From: Nibricoccus sp.
GTDB lineage: Bacteria; Verrucomicrobiota; Verrucomicrobiia; Opitutales; Opitutaceae
DNA length: 64,000 nucleotides
NCBI GenBank assembly: GCA_047602425.1
Contig: JASGHG010000001.1
Location: 3,328,001-3,392,000, forward strand
Direction: 5' to 3'
Part shown: positions 28,801-37,446 of the stretch, piece by piece
Layout of the letters: the number at the start of each line of letters is the position of its first letter
How positions within the stretch are numbered: position 1 is the stretch's first letter
The notes under the pieces: generated by a model
Told to the model about the DNA's origin: nothing
What the model saw: the letters and a program-made list of their open reading frames with translations, nothing else
Databases searched by the model: none
Position numbers and translations under genes: made by a program

Positions 28801-29898
28801 AACCTGCGGGCGGCGGCCGGCAATAATGGCGTCTTCGGGCCGGTGGGCGCGTTTCCGACGAACAGCTACCAATCGACAAATTATTTCCGCGATGTTGTCT
28901 TTGTTCCGGGCGCCACTCCACCGCCATCGGCGGGTGAAACGCTTTTCACCACGCAGATGCCGGCGCTGCTGGATCTCAGCGACGGCGCGTCGGCTGACTA
29001 TGAACTCGGGACCGTATTTTCGAGTGCGGTGGCGGGTGAAGTGAGCGCGCTTCGTTTTTGGAAATCCGGAAACGAGACCGGCCAGCACGTGGGCCGCCTT
29101 TGGACCGCCAGCGGACAACTGCTCGCCTCGGTGACGTTCGCGAACGAAACGGCCTCCGGCTGGCAGCAACAGGCGCTCGGTACGCCATTGGCGATCACGG
29201 CCAACACCGACTACGTGGTCACGGTCAACACAGGCGGCACGTACTACGTTGCGACCGAACAAGGGCTCGCCAGCGAGGTGGCCAACCAGAATCTGCGGAC
29301 GACGGTCGGCAATAATGGCGTGTACGGTCCCGTCGGCTTGTTCCCGACGAACAGTTATCAAGCGACAAACTATTTCCGCGACGTGGTCTTCAATCCTGGA
29401 ACAGCTTCTCCTCCTCCGCCACCTGCGGGGGTGTCGATCTTTACCACACAGACTCCGGCCGCGACCAACTTGAGCGACGGTGCCAGCGTGAACTACGAAC
29501 TCGGCACGGCCTTTGCCAGCTCCGCGGCGGGCCGTGTGACGGCGCTTCGCTTCTGGAAGGCGGCCAACGAGTCGGGAACCCATGTGGGCCGCCTTTGGAG
29601 TACGGGCGGGCAATTGCTCGCTTCGGTGACTTTCGCGAATGAAACCGCGTCGGGCTGGCAGGAGCAGGCGCTCGATGCGCCTGTGGCCGTCGTTGCCAAC
29701 ACCGGCTACGTCGTATCGGTCAACACGGGCAACACCTACTACGTGGCGACCAACAACGCGCTTACTTCGCCGGTGACGAATCAGGATTTATCGACCTTGG
29801 TGGGAAATAACGGACTCTTTGGCCCGATGGGTTCGCTGCCGACCAACAGCTATCAAAGCACCAATTATTTTCGCGACGTGGTCTTTGTTCGCGACTGA
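25804..29898 (+). CDS. Secreted protein: deacetylase/glycoside-hydrolase-like N-terminal region plus four DUF4082 domains
   Basis: Signal peptide; TGDQHG, RNHFLIW, DTS and MLFHPD NodB-like motifs; four repeats of YELGT.F..IRFWK..ETASGWQ.QAL..NYFRDVVF. Confidence 0.85.
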   Translation: MKTMTFVRAVSLRIIAGLVGVFIPGLLAAALPTPTQPVLVVQENGAADRFQFFVPELLTTEGINGFQTAQLSELTGSFLASYDTVILPHLALSGAQATLFQNYVNSGGTLIGLRADAQLAVVFGVTSLNATLPEAWLQINTGTPQTFGLVRQTLRFHGTADRYALNGASALATLYETTSTATTSPAVATHVFGAGRAILFSFDLTESIVLLRQGNPAWAGAPNNHDGFLTLRASQMFKDNVTNTSWNDLGDQALNDVPQADVQLRLLSNSIAVASAAKQKPLPRFWYFPNKARALLLLTGDQHGESEANSAAVTSAVEAAGGGYTNFLWYPFGSVSDSTVTNWLAAGHALGIHFDDTGEGGGNGSGATWAGMQAVLTQAMAAFATAYPNAPAPVTTRNHFLIWLSNNAAGAPDPIAQARLFQQAGIKFDTSFSAFPNRWGYMNGSGLPLKFLDPTSGEIVHVYEQATQYEDDVQLSSAGYSTNWSLATAQTHYERSLSESLTKYNTAVTMLFHPDAWGSYQPHGSFVLQYAQSHGIPMPSLAKWLAFWEGRAATGVSNFTTGSNIVSFDTTASPAGLTLLIPAVAGPSAVSHVVVDGASQSFTVEVYQGIRYASLTLAAGNHSVAVSYAPSDATALVFGSVTPLAGTSGTTVRIQGGTIDQTVSLNDNGSYVAGPLPAGTYTVTPAAANRTFTPAARTITVGSGDVGDVNFTSSAVAGSTETLFTDQTPVLTNISDGPTTNYELGTVFSSAVEGRIQAIRFWKTGNESGTHVGNIWSATGQLLASVTFTNETASGWQQQALATPLLITAGTSYVVSVNTGNSYYVATLQGLASQIVNGDLRSVVGNNGVFGPAGAFPTSSFNAANYFRDVVFSPGPPPPVGESIFTTQTPALIDQSDGPTTNYELGTTFYSGVAGTISAIRFWKSPAETGAHIGRIWSADGQLLASVTFTNETASGWQEQALATPLAINAAASYVVTVNTGNTYYVATELGLAAQVGNGNLRAAAGNNGVFGPVGAFPTNSYQSTNYFRDVVFVPGATPPPSAGETLFTTQMPALLDLSDGASADYELGTVFSSAVAGEVSALRFWKSGNETGQHVGRLWTASGQLLASVTFANETASGWQQQALGTPLAITANTDYVVTVNTGGTYYVATEQGLASEVANQNLRTTVGNNGVYGPVGLFPTNSYQATNYFRDVVFNPGTASPPPPPAGVSIFTTQTPAATNLSDGASVNYELGTAFASSAAGRVTALRFWKAANESGTHVGRLWSTGGQLLASVTFANETASGWQEQALDAPVAVVANTGYVVSVNTGNTYYVATNNALTSPVTNQDLSTLVGNNGLFGPMGSLPTNSYQSTNYFRDVVFVRD

Positions 29899-29919
29899 AT
29901 AGTCTTTGCGCGCAGTGCC

Positions 29920-30006
29920 GGTAGGGACGGCCAGCCTTGGCCGTCCGCCGACTTCTCATGTGAAAAGTCTTTATGCTCGGCGTCGGCCCGGCGGGCCTAC
30001 CCCTAT
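29920..30006. repeat. Degenerate REP-like doublet, family A
   Basis: GGTAGGGACGGCCAGCCTTGGCCGTCCG...CGGCCCGGCGGGCCTACCCCTA. Confidence 0.6.
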
Positions 30007-30033
30007 TGCCTAACCAGCGCTTCGCACGCACGC

Positions 30034-30065
30034 AAAAAAGACGCCGGCGAAAAAGCCGGCGTCTT
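30034..30065 (-). terminator. Rho-independent terminator
   Basis: AAGACGCCGGC-loop-GCCGGCGTCTT with an A-run on the + strand, downstream of the 30101-31264 gene. Confidence 0.8.
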
Positions 30066-30100
30066 GGAGGTGAGAAGTCGTTTGGTTTTGTGGGGCGATA

Positions 30101-31264
30101 TTACGCCTTGGTGTCTGTCGAAGTGGCTGCGGCGGAGGTAGCCTCCAGGCGTCCGGTCTGCATTAACTTCGAGTTGATGTAGTTTTCGATTTTTTGGTCG
30201 GTGACCGTGACGATCTTGCCGGCGCCGGCCTTCACGTACTTGGTGTTCCACGCTTTGAGGTTGGCTCTCAAATCTTCCACCGTGGCGTTCTTCTTTTCCT
30301 TCGTGTCCTCGATCGCGTGAATCATGTTGGTATTGGCGACCTCGGCGAGATTGTGACGGTAGAGGCATAAACCGAGCGCGGCCAACACGGCCACGGCGAC
30401 AACGCCGAACAGGATCCAAACCATCCAAGGTTGAACAAAAGGCAGGGAGACGGTGGCGAGTCCGAGGACGCCCGAGATAATCGCCAGGCCGGTTTTGCCC
30501 ACGGGAGAATAAACCGCACCAGCCAAAGTGAGCACGGCGCCGATGCCGCACCAGATCATCAGTTGCCGCTTCAACCGTTCGAAACCCTCGGCTTTTTCGC
30601 GGGCCTTCTTCTCCGCTTCGGCCCGTGCGTTTTCCTTTTTGATGACTTGGTCGTTTGCGACGTTGAGGTCGGCTTGAGCCTTGGCGTTGTCGGCTATGAA
30701 CTTTTGTTCAATTTCCTGCCTTTCCTTTTTGACAGTTTCGACCTCCTGCTTCGCGAGCTTGGTTGTTTCGACGAGGATGCCATTTTGCTTCACCAATTCT
30801 TCGTGCTCCCGTTTTAGTTTCTCGATAGCGGGTTGATCGTTTCCTTGGTAAGCGGCGAGGTAACTTTTCAGCCGTTCGCCGCCCTCGACGATTTCCTTGA
30901 TGGATGGCGGGCGGCCCATCGCCGTGAAACCCTCGACCGAGCGGGCGTTGACGAATTCCAGGAGGCCGGCGGTGTACGGCATGCTCGTCGCCTGTTGCAA
31001 CCGGTAGAGCGCATTGGCGCCCGCCTGCAGCTGGGCGTCCTGGCCGTCGATCACCGAATCCTTTTTGCTGGAAAGCTGTTCCGAATTTTTTGCCAGCTCG
31101 TTTTGATAATTTTCCTTCACCTGTTGCAGCTGTTTCTCCGCCTCCGATTTCTTGATGTAGGCTTCGTCCAATTGCCTTTGGGAAATGATGGGCAGGCTGC
31201 TGCAAGCCGTGAGGGCGAAGAGCGCGAAGAGGATGAATAATATTTTAGGCTGTTCCTTGTTCAT
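30101..31264 (-). CDS. Hypothetical lipoprotein with long coiled coil and C-terminal TM helices
   Basis: Lipobox LTAC; E/K/Q-rich heptads; three hydrophobic segments near the C-terminus. Confidence 0.8.
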   Translation of the reverse strand: MNKEQPKILFILFALFALTACSSLPIISQRQLDEAYIKKSEAEKQLQQVKENYQNELAKNSEQLSSKKDSVIDGQDAQLQAGANALYRLQQATSMPYTAGLLEFVNARSVEGFTAMGRPPSIKEIVEGGERLKSYLAAYQGNDQPAIEKLKREHEELVKQNGILVETTKLAKQEVETVKKERQEIEQKFIADNAKAQADLNVANDQVIKKENARAEAEKKAREKAEGFERLKRQLMIWCGIGAVLTLAGAVYSPVGKTGLAIISGVLGLATVSLPFVQPWMVWILFGVVAVAVLAALGLCLYRHNLAEVANTNMIHAIEDTKEKKNATVEDLRANLKAWNTKYVKAGAGKIVTVTDQKIENYINSKLMQTGRLEATSAAATSTDTKA

Positions 31265-31617
31265 ACATGGGTCCCGGGTGAAGCGCTGTATACTGTTTGT
31301 ACAATATTAATACTACAGGTTTTGGAGCGATTTGTTACCAGCATTTCCATGCGCGCTGGATTGAAGCGATGCTAACCACTGGCGATAATCCTTCGGGGGC
31401 GCGAACGGAACGGCGTTCAAATAGAGCGGCGAAAAGTATGCAGGGATGTTCCACAGTCAAGGGGCCGGGCGATATTAGAACTTTCATATTGATAGAGTAG
31501 CGAGAGCCCGGCGATGGATGGAGGGCGCGCTCTTTACAAGATCCATTGCCCACAAAAAAGGCATCGGTCGGAACCGATGCCTTGAAGGAAGATAATATCG
31601 CGCGGTTTGATCGAGCC

Positions 31618-34080
31618 CTACGATCCTGCCGGCCAAGTGCGAAAGAGGCGACCGCTCCGCAAAGTGACAAGCACGACGAGGCTCGCGAAATAGAATGCCT
31701 CCGGTGCGCCGCCGCCGCCGGATTTCGGAGCGGGAGCGGGCGCCGCACTTCCTGACGAGCTGCTGCTGGAAGAGGAGGACGAACTGCTCGATGAAGACGA
31801 CGAACTGGAACTGCTGCTCGACGAAGACGAAGAAGACGAAGAGGAGGAACTCGACGAACTGCTGGACGAGCCGGAGGAGCTGCGGCCATCATCGTAGAAA
31901 AAAACGGTCAGCAGTCCGCTGTCGGGCACGAGTTTGATCTCGCTGTTGTTATCCGTGGAGGGCAGCGATTGCATCCAACTGCGTGCATTGGCCACGGCCA
32001 CCGGGAAGTCGCTATTCAGACACCAGATGAAAGGTTGCCGCGTGGGATTGTCGCGTTCGCCATCGGACGTCCATTTCGATCCGTAGAGGGTGCCGGCGGT
32101 GATTTGGTCGATGAAGTTGAGCAGATCGGGACGATTTTCGGACGGTGCGTATAGTTTCCAGAGAAGGGCGTAGAGCGCGATGCTATGGCCGCATTGCGAC
32201 CAACTGGTATACGGCGTGCGGTCGCGCCAGCAACGCACATGTCCCTCCGCGGCCGGCAGCGTGGTTGGCCCTATGAGATGGGTTTGGTAAATACTGGTCA
32301 TGCCTTCGGTGAATTCGTAGGGCGCCCAAGGCGCATCGGGGTACGAGCCAATGACGTAGTTGTGCGTAAGGAAGGTGGTTTTCCAAGGCAGGTTGGTGAG
32401 GCGAAACGGCGTCCACGGATAGGTTGCAACATTGCCGTCAAAGCCGCTGGTTCCGAAATAAGGCGTCGAATAACTGGGCATGACCACCGCGCTGGCAAGG
32501 GCGCCGACATTGCGACACATGGTCCACATGCCGCCGAGTCCGCCACCGTACGGGATTTGACAATGGTGCACCCATTCGGCGAGACGATCGCGAATAAAGT
32601 AATCCTCAATGGGCGTGATGCCTCCGGCCTGCTGATCGCTGCGAAACCCGCCCATGAGCACATCGTACGTCACCGCAGCGGAGATCACGAAGTCCACGTC
32701 CCAATAACCGCGATACACCGTGTCGCAGGCAGGAATCGCTTGAGAGGCCCAGTACGGCATTTCGATTCCCACGGGCGCATTGCAAAGCGGCGATTCGAGT
32801 AGCATCTCCTTCGCGTAGGTGGCGTAGGAGCGCGGCGCGCCGGTGGCAGTGGCAGTCCAGCCGAGCTGCTTTGCCGCAATGGCATTGGTTGCGGCAGGTC
32901 CGCCACTGTAAGGCCACACGGTCGAACCCCCGAGCCGGAGGCCGAGGCGTCGCTGGAGGTCCCACGCGATCTGATCATTTTGATTGAGCGAATCGCCACG
33001 ATTTTGCGCGGAAACAAGAAGCCCGGCGTATGGCGCCCGCGTGATGCGTGATTGAAAGGCGGTCCAGCGTGCGTCGCCCCAGAGGCGATTGCCGTGATTC
33101 TCGCCCGCGCCCGGATGAGTTGGGTTCTTGACGATGGTTCTGGTGCGCCGCACGGAGGGCGTGGCCGTGTACCAATATTCGAGGGTATTCGAGCCGTTGT
33201 TGAATTGTGAGCTGAGCAACGTCACCGAGGGCGATCCGACGTCGCTGGCCGCGCCAGAGTTGATGCGATAGCTGATGTTGGCCCCGTAGAGATTGCGCAG
33301 TTCGAAGCTCACCGAACCCGTGCCGGTTTGTATATAGGTTGTTTGATCGTGGATTTTATGCGTCCAGTATGTCCAGGCGGGAGTCGTATAGAATTGTCCG
33401 TCGCCCGAGGCGCGAATCGTGAGGGCAGGGGTCTTAGGATTTACGCAAAGCAGGACATATTTGCCGTCGGAGGCCCAGGCGTCGTCGTAGTTGTTTCCGG
33501 TGGTTTGGTCATCGTCGCCATAACGCAGCACGTGCCATTCATCGCCAACGGAGTCGAGCATGCCACGCCAGTAGAAATTGGCCTTGTCGGTGACGAGGGC
33601 GGTGGGGTGCGCCCCTGTGGTGCCGACCACGGAATGGCCGGTGTCGAAAGTGAGTGAGGCCAGGGTGAACGGGGCGGTATAGGCAGGATAAACGACGTTC
33701 GTGCCAGCGAATCCCACGGTCCAGTTTTTGACGCGCCAGATCTCGTCGACGACGAAGCGGATTTTTCCCTCGTCGCCGGAACTCGGCACTCCATCGAGTC
33801 CATCTGCGCCCACCACCACGCGGCCACGGCCGGACGTCGGGGTGACTTTGCAGTTGGTGGCATTGTGACGCATCGTGATGGTCGTGTCGTCTCGGATCCA
33901 TACCTGCTTCTGATCGAAGATCAGTTTGTCGTGGAAGTAATATTCTTCCTGATACGCGCCGCCTTTGGCGCCGCCCCAAACGACGTCGATGCCGCACTTG
34001 TAATTGGTAAGTTCGTTGTCCTGAGCCGAAACAGCAGAAAGACCTAAGAAAACAAAAAGCAGGAGATAAACGTGGCGCAT
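31618..34080 (-). CDS. Large secreted protein of unknown function with poly-Ser linker and GlyGly-type sorting tail
   Basis: Signal peptide; W/Y/T-rich body; about 45-residue Ser tract; GGGGAPEAFYF + TM helix + Arg tail. Confidence 0.85.
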   Translation of the reverse strand: MRHVYLLLFVFLGLSAVSAQDNELTNYKCGIDVVWGGAKGGAYQEEYYFHDKLIFDQKQVWIRDDTTITMRHNATNCKVTPTSGRGRVVVGADGLDGVPSSGDEGKIRFVVDEIWRVKNWTVGFAGTNVVYPAYTAPFTLASLTFDTGHSVVGTTGAHPTALVTDKANFYWRGMLDSVGDEWHVLRYGDDDQTTGNNYDDAWASDGKYVLLCVNPKTPALTIRASGDGQFYTTPAWTYWTHKIHDQTTYIQTGTGSVSFELRNLYGANISYRINSGAASDVGSPSVTLLSSQFNNGSNTLEYWYTATPSVRRTRTIVKNPTHPGAGENHGNRLWGDARWTAFQSRITRAPYAGLLVSAQNRGDSLNQNDQIAWDLQRRLGLRLGGSTVWPYSGGPAATNAIAAKQLGWTATATGAPRSYATYAKEMLLESPLCNAPVGIEMPYWASQAIPACDTVYRGYWDVDFVISAAVTYDVLMGGFRSDQQAGGITPIEDYFIRDRLAEWVHHCQIPYGGGLGGMWTMCRNVGALASAVVMPSYSTPYFGTSGFDGNVATYPWTPFRLTNLPWKTTFLTHNYVIGSYPDAPWAPYEFTEGMTSIYQTHLIGPTTLPAAEGHVRCWRDRTPYTSWSQCGHSIALYALLWKLYAPSENRPDLLNFIDQITAGTLYGSKWTSDGERDNPTRQPFIWCLNSDFPVAVANARSWMQSLPSTDNNSEIKLVPDSGLLTVFFYDDGRSSSGSSSSSSSSSSSSSSSSSSSSSSSSSSSSSSSSSSSSSSSGSAAPAPAPKSGGGGAPEAFYFASLVVLVTLRSGRLFRTWPAGS

Positions 34081-34331
34081 AGGGGTAATATATTCGCTCA
34101 ACGAAAGGGTGAGATGGGGCTTGCGCGGACGAGACGGGTCGGCGGCTGTTTTAAGGTGCCGCGCTGTTCGGTGCGGTTTCGATCATAATGATCGGTTGGG
34201 CCGGGCGATGACGAAACACTCCAGTCGCCGCTTTTATAGATAATTCAAAAAACACACATTCCGGCAGACGATTTGCAAGTGGGTTTCTCAAGGTGCCCGG
34301 CTACGCGTTGGCAGAGCAATCAATCGCAGAC

Positions 34332-34363
34332 AAAAAAAGACGCCGGCTCAAGGCCGGCGTCTT
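34332..34363 (-). terminator. Rho-independent terminator of sucCD
   Basis: AAGACGCCGGC-tcaag-GCCGGCGTCTT with an A-run on the + strand. Confidence 0.85.
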
Positions 34364-34388
34364 GGGTGGAAGGAGTTGTTCGTCTGAC

Positions 34389-35312
34389 TTAGCTCAGCTT
34401 GACGTTCTTGGCCTTGGCGGCGCGGATGAGCGCGTCGGCCATGTCGGAAGGCGTGGCGGCGACTTCGATGCCGCATTCCTTGAAGACGGCGATCTTGGCG
34501 GCGGCGGTGTCCTCGGCGCCACCGACAATCGCGCCGGCGTGGCCCATGCGGCGACCGGCAGGAGCGGTGGCGCCAGCGATGAAACCGGCGACGGGCTTCT
34601 TGCAGTTGGCCTTGATCCAGCGCGCGGCTTCGACTTCGGCGCTGCCGCCGATTTCGCCGATCATGATGATGCCATGCGTGTCAGGGTCATCGTTGAACAT
34701 CTTGATGACGTCGATGTGCGAGGTGCCGTTGACCGGATCGCCACCGATGCCGACTGTAGTGCTTTGGCCAATACCTTTGGTCGTGAGCTGGAAGACCGCC
34801 TCGTAGGTGAGGGTGCCGGAGCGCGAGACGACGCCGACGTGGCCCTTTTTGTTGATGTAGCCAGGGGCGATGCCAATGCGGCAGCCACCGTGGGAGTCCT
34901 TGCCTTCGCCGGGGCAAACCATGCCGGGACAGTTCGGGCCGACGAGGCGGGTTTTCTTGCCCTGCATGGAGCGCTTCACGCGGACCATGTCCTTGACCGG
35001 AATGCCTTCGGTGATCGCGACGGCGAGGTCGAGGTTGGCGTCGACGCATTCGAGAATGGCGTCGGCCGCGAATGGCGGTGGGACGAAGATCGCGGAGACC
35101 GTGGCGCCGGTGGCTTTGGCGGCTTCGGCGACGGTGTTGAAGATCGGAACCTTGTGGCTGCCGTGTTCGAAGAACTGGCCGCCTTTGCCGGGCGTGACGC
35201 CGGCGACGACTTTGGTGCCGTAGTCGAGCGAGAGCTTGGCGTGGCGTCCACCGAAGTCACCGGTGATGCCTTGGACGAGGATCTTGGTTTCGGGAGTGAT
35301 GAGAATGGCCAT
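34389..35312 (-). CDS. sucD: Succinyl-CoA synthetase alpha subunit
   Basis: VQGITG, GVTPGKGG, GPNCPG, SRSGTLTYE and RMGHAGA motifs. Confidence 0.98.
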   Translation of the reverse strand: MAILITPETKILVQGITGDFGGRHAKLSLDYGTKVVAGVTPGKGGQFFEHGSHKVPIFNTVAEAAKATGATVSAIFVPPPFAADAILECVDANLDLAVAITEGIPVKDMVRVKRSMQGKKTRLVGPNCPGMVCPGEGKDSHGGCRIGIAPGYINKKGHVGVVSRSGTLTYEAVFQLTTKGIGQSTTVGIGGDPVNGTSHIDVIKMFNDDPDTHGIIMIGEIGGSAEVEAARWIKANCKKPVAGFIAGATAPAGRRMGHAGAIVGGAEDTAAAKIAVFKECGIEVAATPSDMADALIRAAKAKNVKLS

Positions 35313-35340
35313 GGTGATAAGGAGTTGATCGGTTAATGGC

Positions 35341-36540
35341 TCAGAGGGGCGTGGCGTGGTTGTTGACCAAGTTCACGATTTTCTGGGCGGCATCAGCCAT
35401 GGAGTCGCCTGAAGTGATGGTGAGGCCGGAGTCGGCGAGAGTTTTCTTGCCGGCGACGACGTTGTTGCCTTCGAGCCGGACGACGAGCGGGAGCTTGAGA
35501 CCGACTTCCTTCACGGCTTCGACGATGCCGGTGGCGATCACGTTGCAGTCCATGATGCCGCCGAAGATGTTGACGAAAATGCCCTTCACGTTCGGGTCGC
35601 CGAGAATGATTTTAAACGCTGCGACAACTTGGTCCTTCGAAGCGCCGCCGCCGACGTCGAGGAAGTTGGCGGGGTTGCCGCCGAAGTGTTTGATGATGTC
35701 CATCGTGCTCATCGCGAGACCGGCGCCGTTGACGAGACAGGCGATATTACCATCGAGCGCAATGTAGGAGAGGTTGAACTTCGAGGCTTCGATTTCCTTC
35801 GAGTCTTCCTCGTTGAGATCGCGGAGGGCGACGATGTCCGAGTGACGGAAGAGGGCGTTGTCATCGAACGACACTTTGGCGTCGAGAGCTTCGACGAGGT
35901 CGCCTTCGGTGGTGATGAGCGGGTTGATCTCGACCATCGATGCGTCGGTTTCCCAGAACATCGTGTAGAGGTTGCGGATCAATTTGGCGGCATTCTTTTG
36001 TTCGGTCGGGTTGAACTTCAGGCCGAAGAGAAGCTGGCGCACTTGATAATCGGCGAGGCCGTAGGCCGGATCGATGAAGACCTTGGTGATCTTCTCAGGG
36101 GTCTCGTGGGCAACCTTTTCGATTTCCACGCCGCCTTCCGTCGAAGCGACGATGACCGGACGCGAAGTGGCGCGGTCGAGGAGGATGGCGAGGTAGTACT
36201 CCTTCTTGATGCTGACACCCGTGGTGAAGAAGATGGTTTGGACCTTGCGACCGGCAGGGCCGGTTTGCACAGTGACGAGGGTGTTACCGAGCATCTTGCC
36301 AGCGGTAATTTTGGCTTCGGCCTTGGACTTGCAGACCTTGACGCCGCCTTTAAAGCCGTCGGTGAAAGTGCCCTTGCCGCGGCCGCCCGCGTGTATTTGG
36401 GACTTCACTACGATGACTCCGTCGGGAAGTTTGGCCAGGGCCGAGTCGATCTCGTCCACTGATTTAACCGCGACGCCCTTCGATGTATAAACACCGAATT
36501 TCTCAAAGAGCGTCTTTGCCTGATACTCGTGAATGTTCAT
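35341..36540 (-). CDS. sucC: Succinyl-CoA synthetase beta subunit
   Basis: [38 protein letters not shown] and NIFGGI motifs. Confidence 0.98.
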   Translation of the reverse strand: MNIHEYQAKTLFEKFGVYTSKGVAVKSVDEIDSALAKLPDGVIVVKSQIHAGGRGKGTFTDGFKGGVKVCKSKAEAKITAGKMLGNTLVTVQTGPAGRKVQTIFFTTGVSIKKEYYLAILLDRATSRPVIVASTEGGVEIEKVAHETPEKITKVFIDPAYGLADYQVRQLLFGLKFNPTEQKNAAKLIRNLYTMFWETDASMVEINPLITTEGDLVEALDAKVSFDDNALFRHSDIVALRDLNEEDSKEIEASKFNLSYIALDGNIACLVNGAGLAMSTMDIIKHFGGNPANFLDVGGGASKDQVVAAFKIILGDPNVKGIFVNIFGGIMDCNVIATGIVEAVKEVGLKLPLVVRLEGNNVVAGKKTLADSGLTITSGDSMADAAQKIVNLVNNHATPL

Positions 36541-36681
36541 GGAAAAAAACGAGTCTGCCATAGGCCGGGCGGGCAAGGCACGCTTAAAAACCGGATTCGT
36601 GTCCTCGCTAATACGAGGATTTAATAGTTATTCGGCGTGGAATAAAATCGCATAATGTCCGCTGATAATTAAGCAGAGAAC

Positions 36682-37170
36682 ATGCAATCCCATGAGTTGC
36701 TGAAGGAAGTGTTTAAAAAAACGAGCGCGAAGCAGATCGCCGCCGATATGGCGTTGTCGCTTTCGCTCATCTACAAGTGGACGGAGGTGCCGGAGGACGA
36801 AAGCGGGCACGGCGCGAATAATCCGCTGGATCGTATCGACCAGCTGCTGCGCATCACAGGCGACAAACGCATCGCGCAATGGGTCTGCGAACGTGCAGGT
36901 GGATTTTTTATCACCAATCCCGAAGCCGTGCCGCACACGCACGCGTTGATTCCCGCGACAAATTCCATCGTGCAGGAATTCGCCGACATGCTGCAGGTCA
37001 TCGCGAGCGCCGCCGCCGATCAGGAAGTTTCGGCGGTCGAGGCGAAGACGATTCGCGCGCGTTGGGAGGAGTTGAAATCGGTGACGGAAGGCTTCGTTCA
37101 TGCCGCCGAGCAAGGGAAGTTTGGCGATTTAAAGCGCGAACTTGAGCACCGCTCGCGGCCTGCGACATGA
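36682..37170 (+). CDS. Phage regulatory CII-like HTH protein
   Basis: N-terminal HTH (KQIAADMALSLSLIYKW), NPLDRI..LL..TGD..I..WVC..AGGFF and a helical C-terminus, recalled as resembling the CII/CP76 family. Confidence 0.6.
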   Translation: MQSHELLKEVFKKTSAKQIAADMALSLSLIYKWTEVPEDESGHGANNPLDRIDQLLRITGDKRIAQWVCERAGGFFITNPEAVPHTHALIPATNSIVQEFADMLQVIASAAADQEVSAVEAKTIRARWEELKSVTEGFVHAAEQGKFGDLKRELEHRSRPAT

Positions 37171-37355
37171 AAAATTTTAATGCCAGCGGGTCCTCAATGC
37201 GCGCTGGTTGTATCCTTTAGACCGATACGCGTTTTCCTAGGAAAAATGCGCCGGATTTCACCGGGCCTCGACGCGGGCGGCGAACGCGGACTTTAAGCGC
37301 TTAAGGGCGTTTTGTGTGGTTTGGCATGGGAGAAATTCCGAGGCGGCGCGGGGGC

Positions 37356-37371
37356 TGGCAAGCAACCTGCT
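37356..37371 (+). promoter_or_regulatory. sigma54 -24/-12 promoter of the urea uptake/urease operon
   Basis: TGGCAAGCAACCTGCT fits GG-N10-GC, about 75 nt upstream of the porin ATG; nitrogen-assimilation context. Confidence 0.65.
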
Positions 37372-37446
37372 CTAGCAATGTCGTTCATGGCTGCGGCGCC
37401 CCGCCGCGTCATGGCCAGCAAAAATCAAACTACATCACACAAGACC

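Noticed and set aside
31750..31885. Low-complexity repeat as a non-coding element
   Set aside because: It is an in-frame poly-Ser linker with mixed Ser codons.
34293..36462. Long antisense ORFs over sucD and sucC (similar ones lie over urtB, hprK/lptB and the delta-60 gene)
   Set aside because: These are shadow ORFs caused by GC-rich codon bias opposite well-conserved genes.
36682..37170. Prophage at the CII-like gene
   Set aside because: There are no integrase, structural or replication genes, and the flanks are housekeeping and nitrogen genes.
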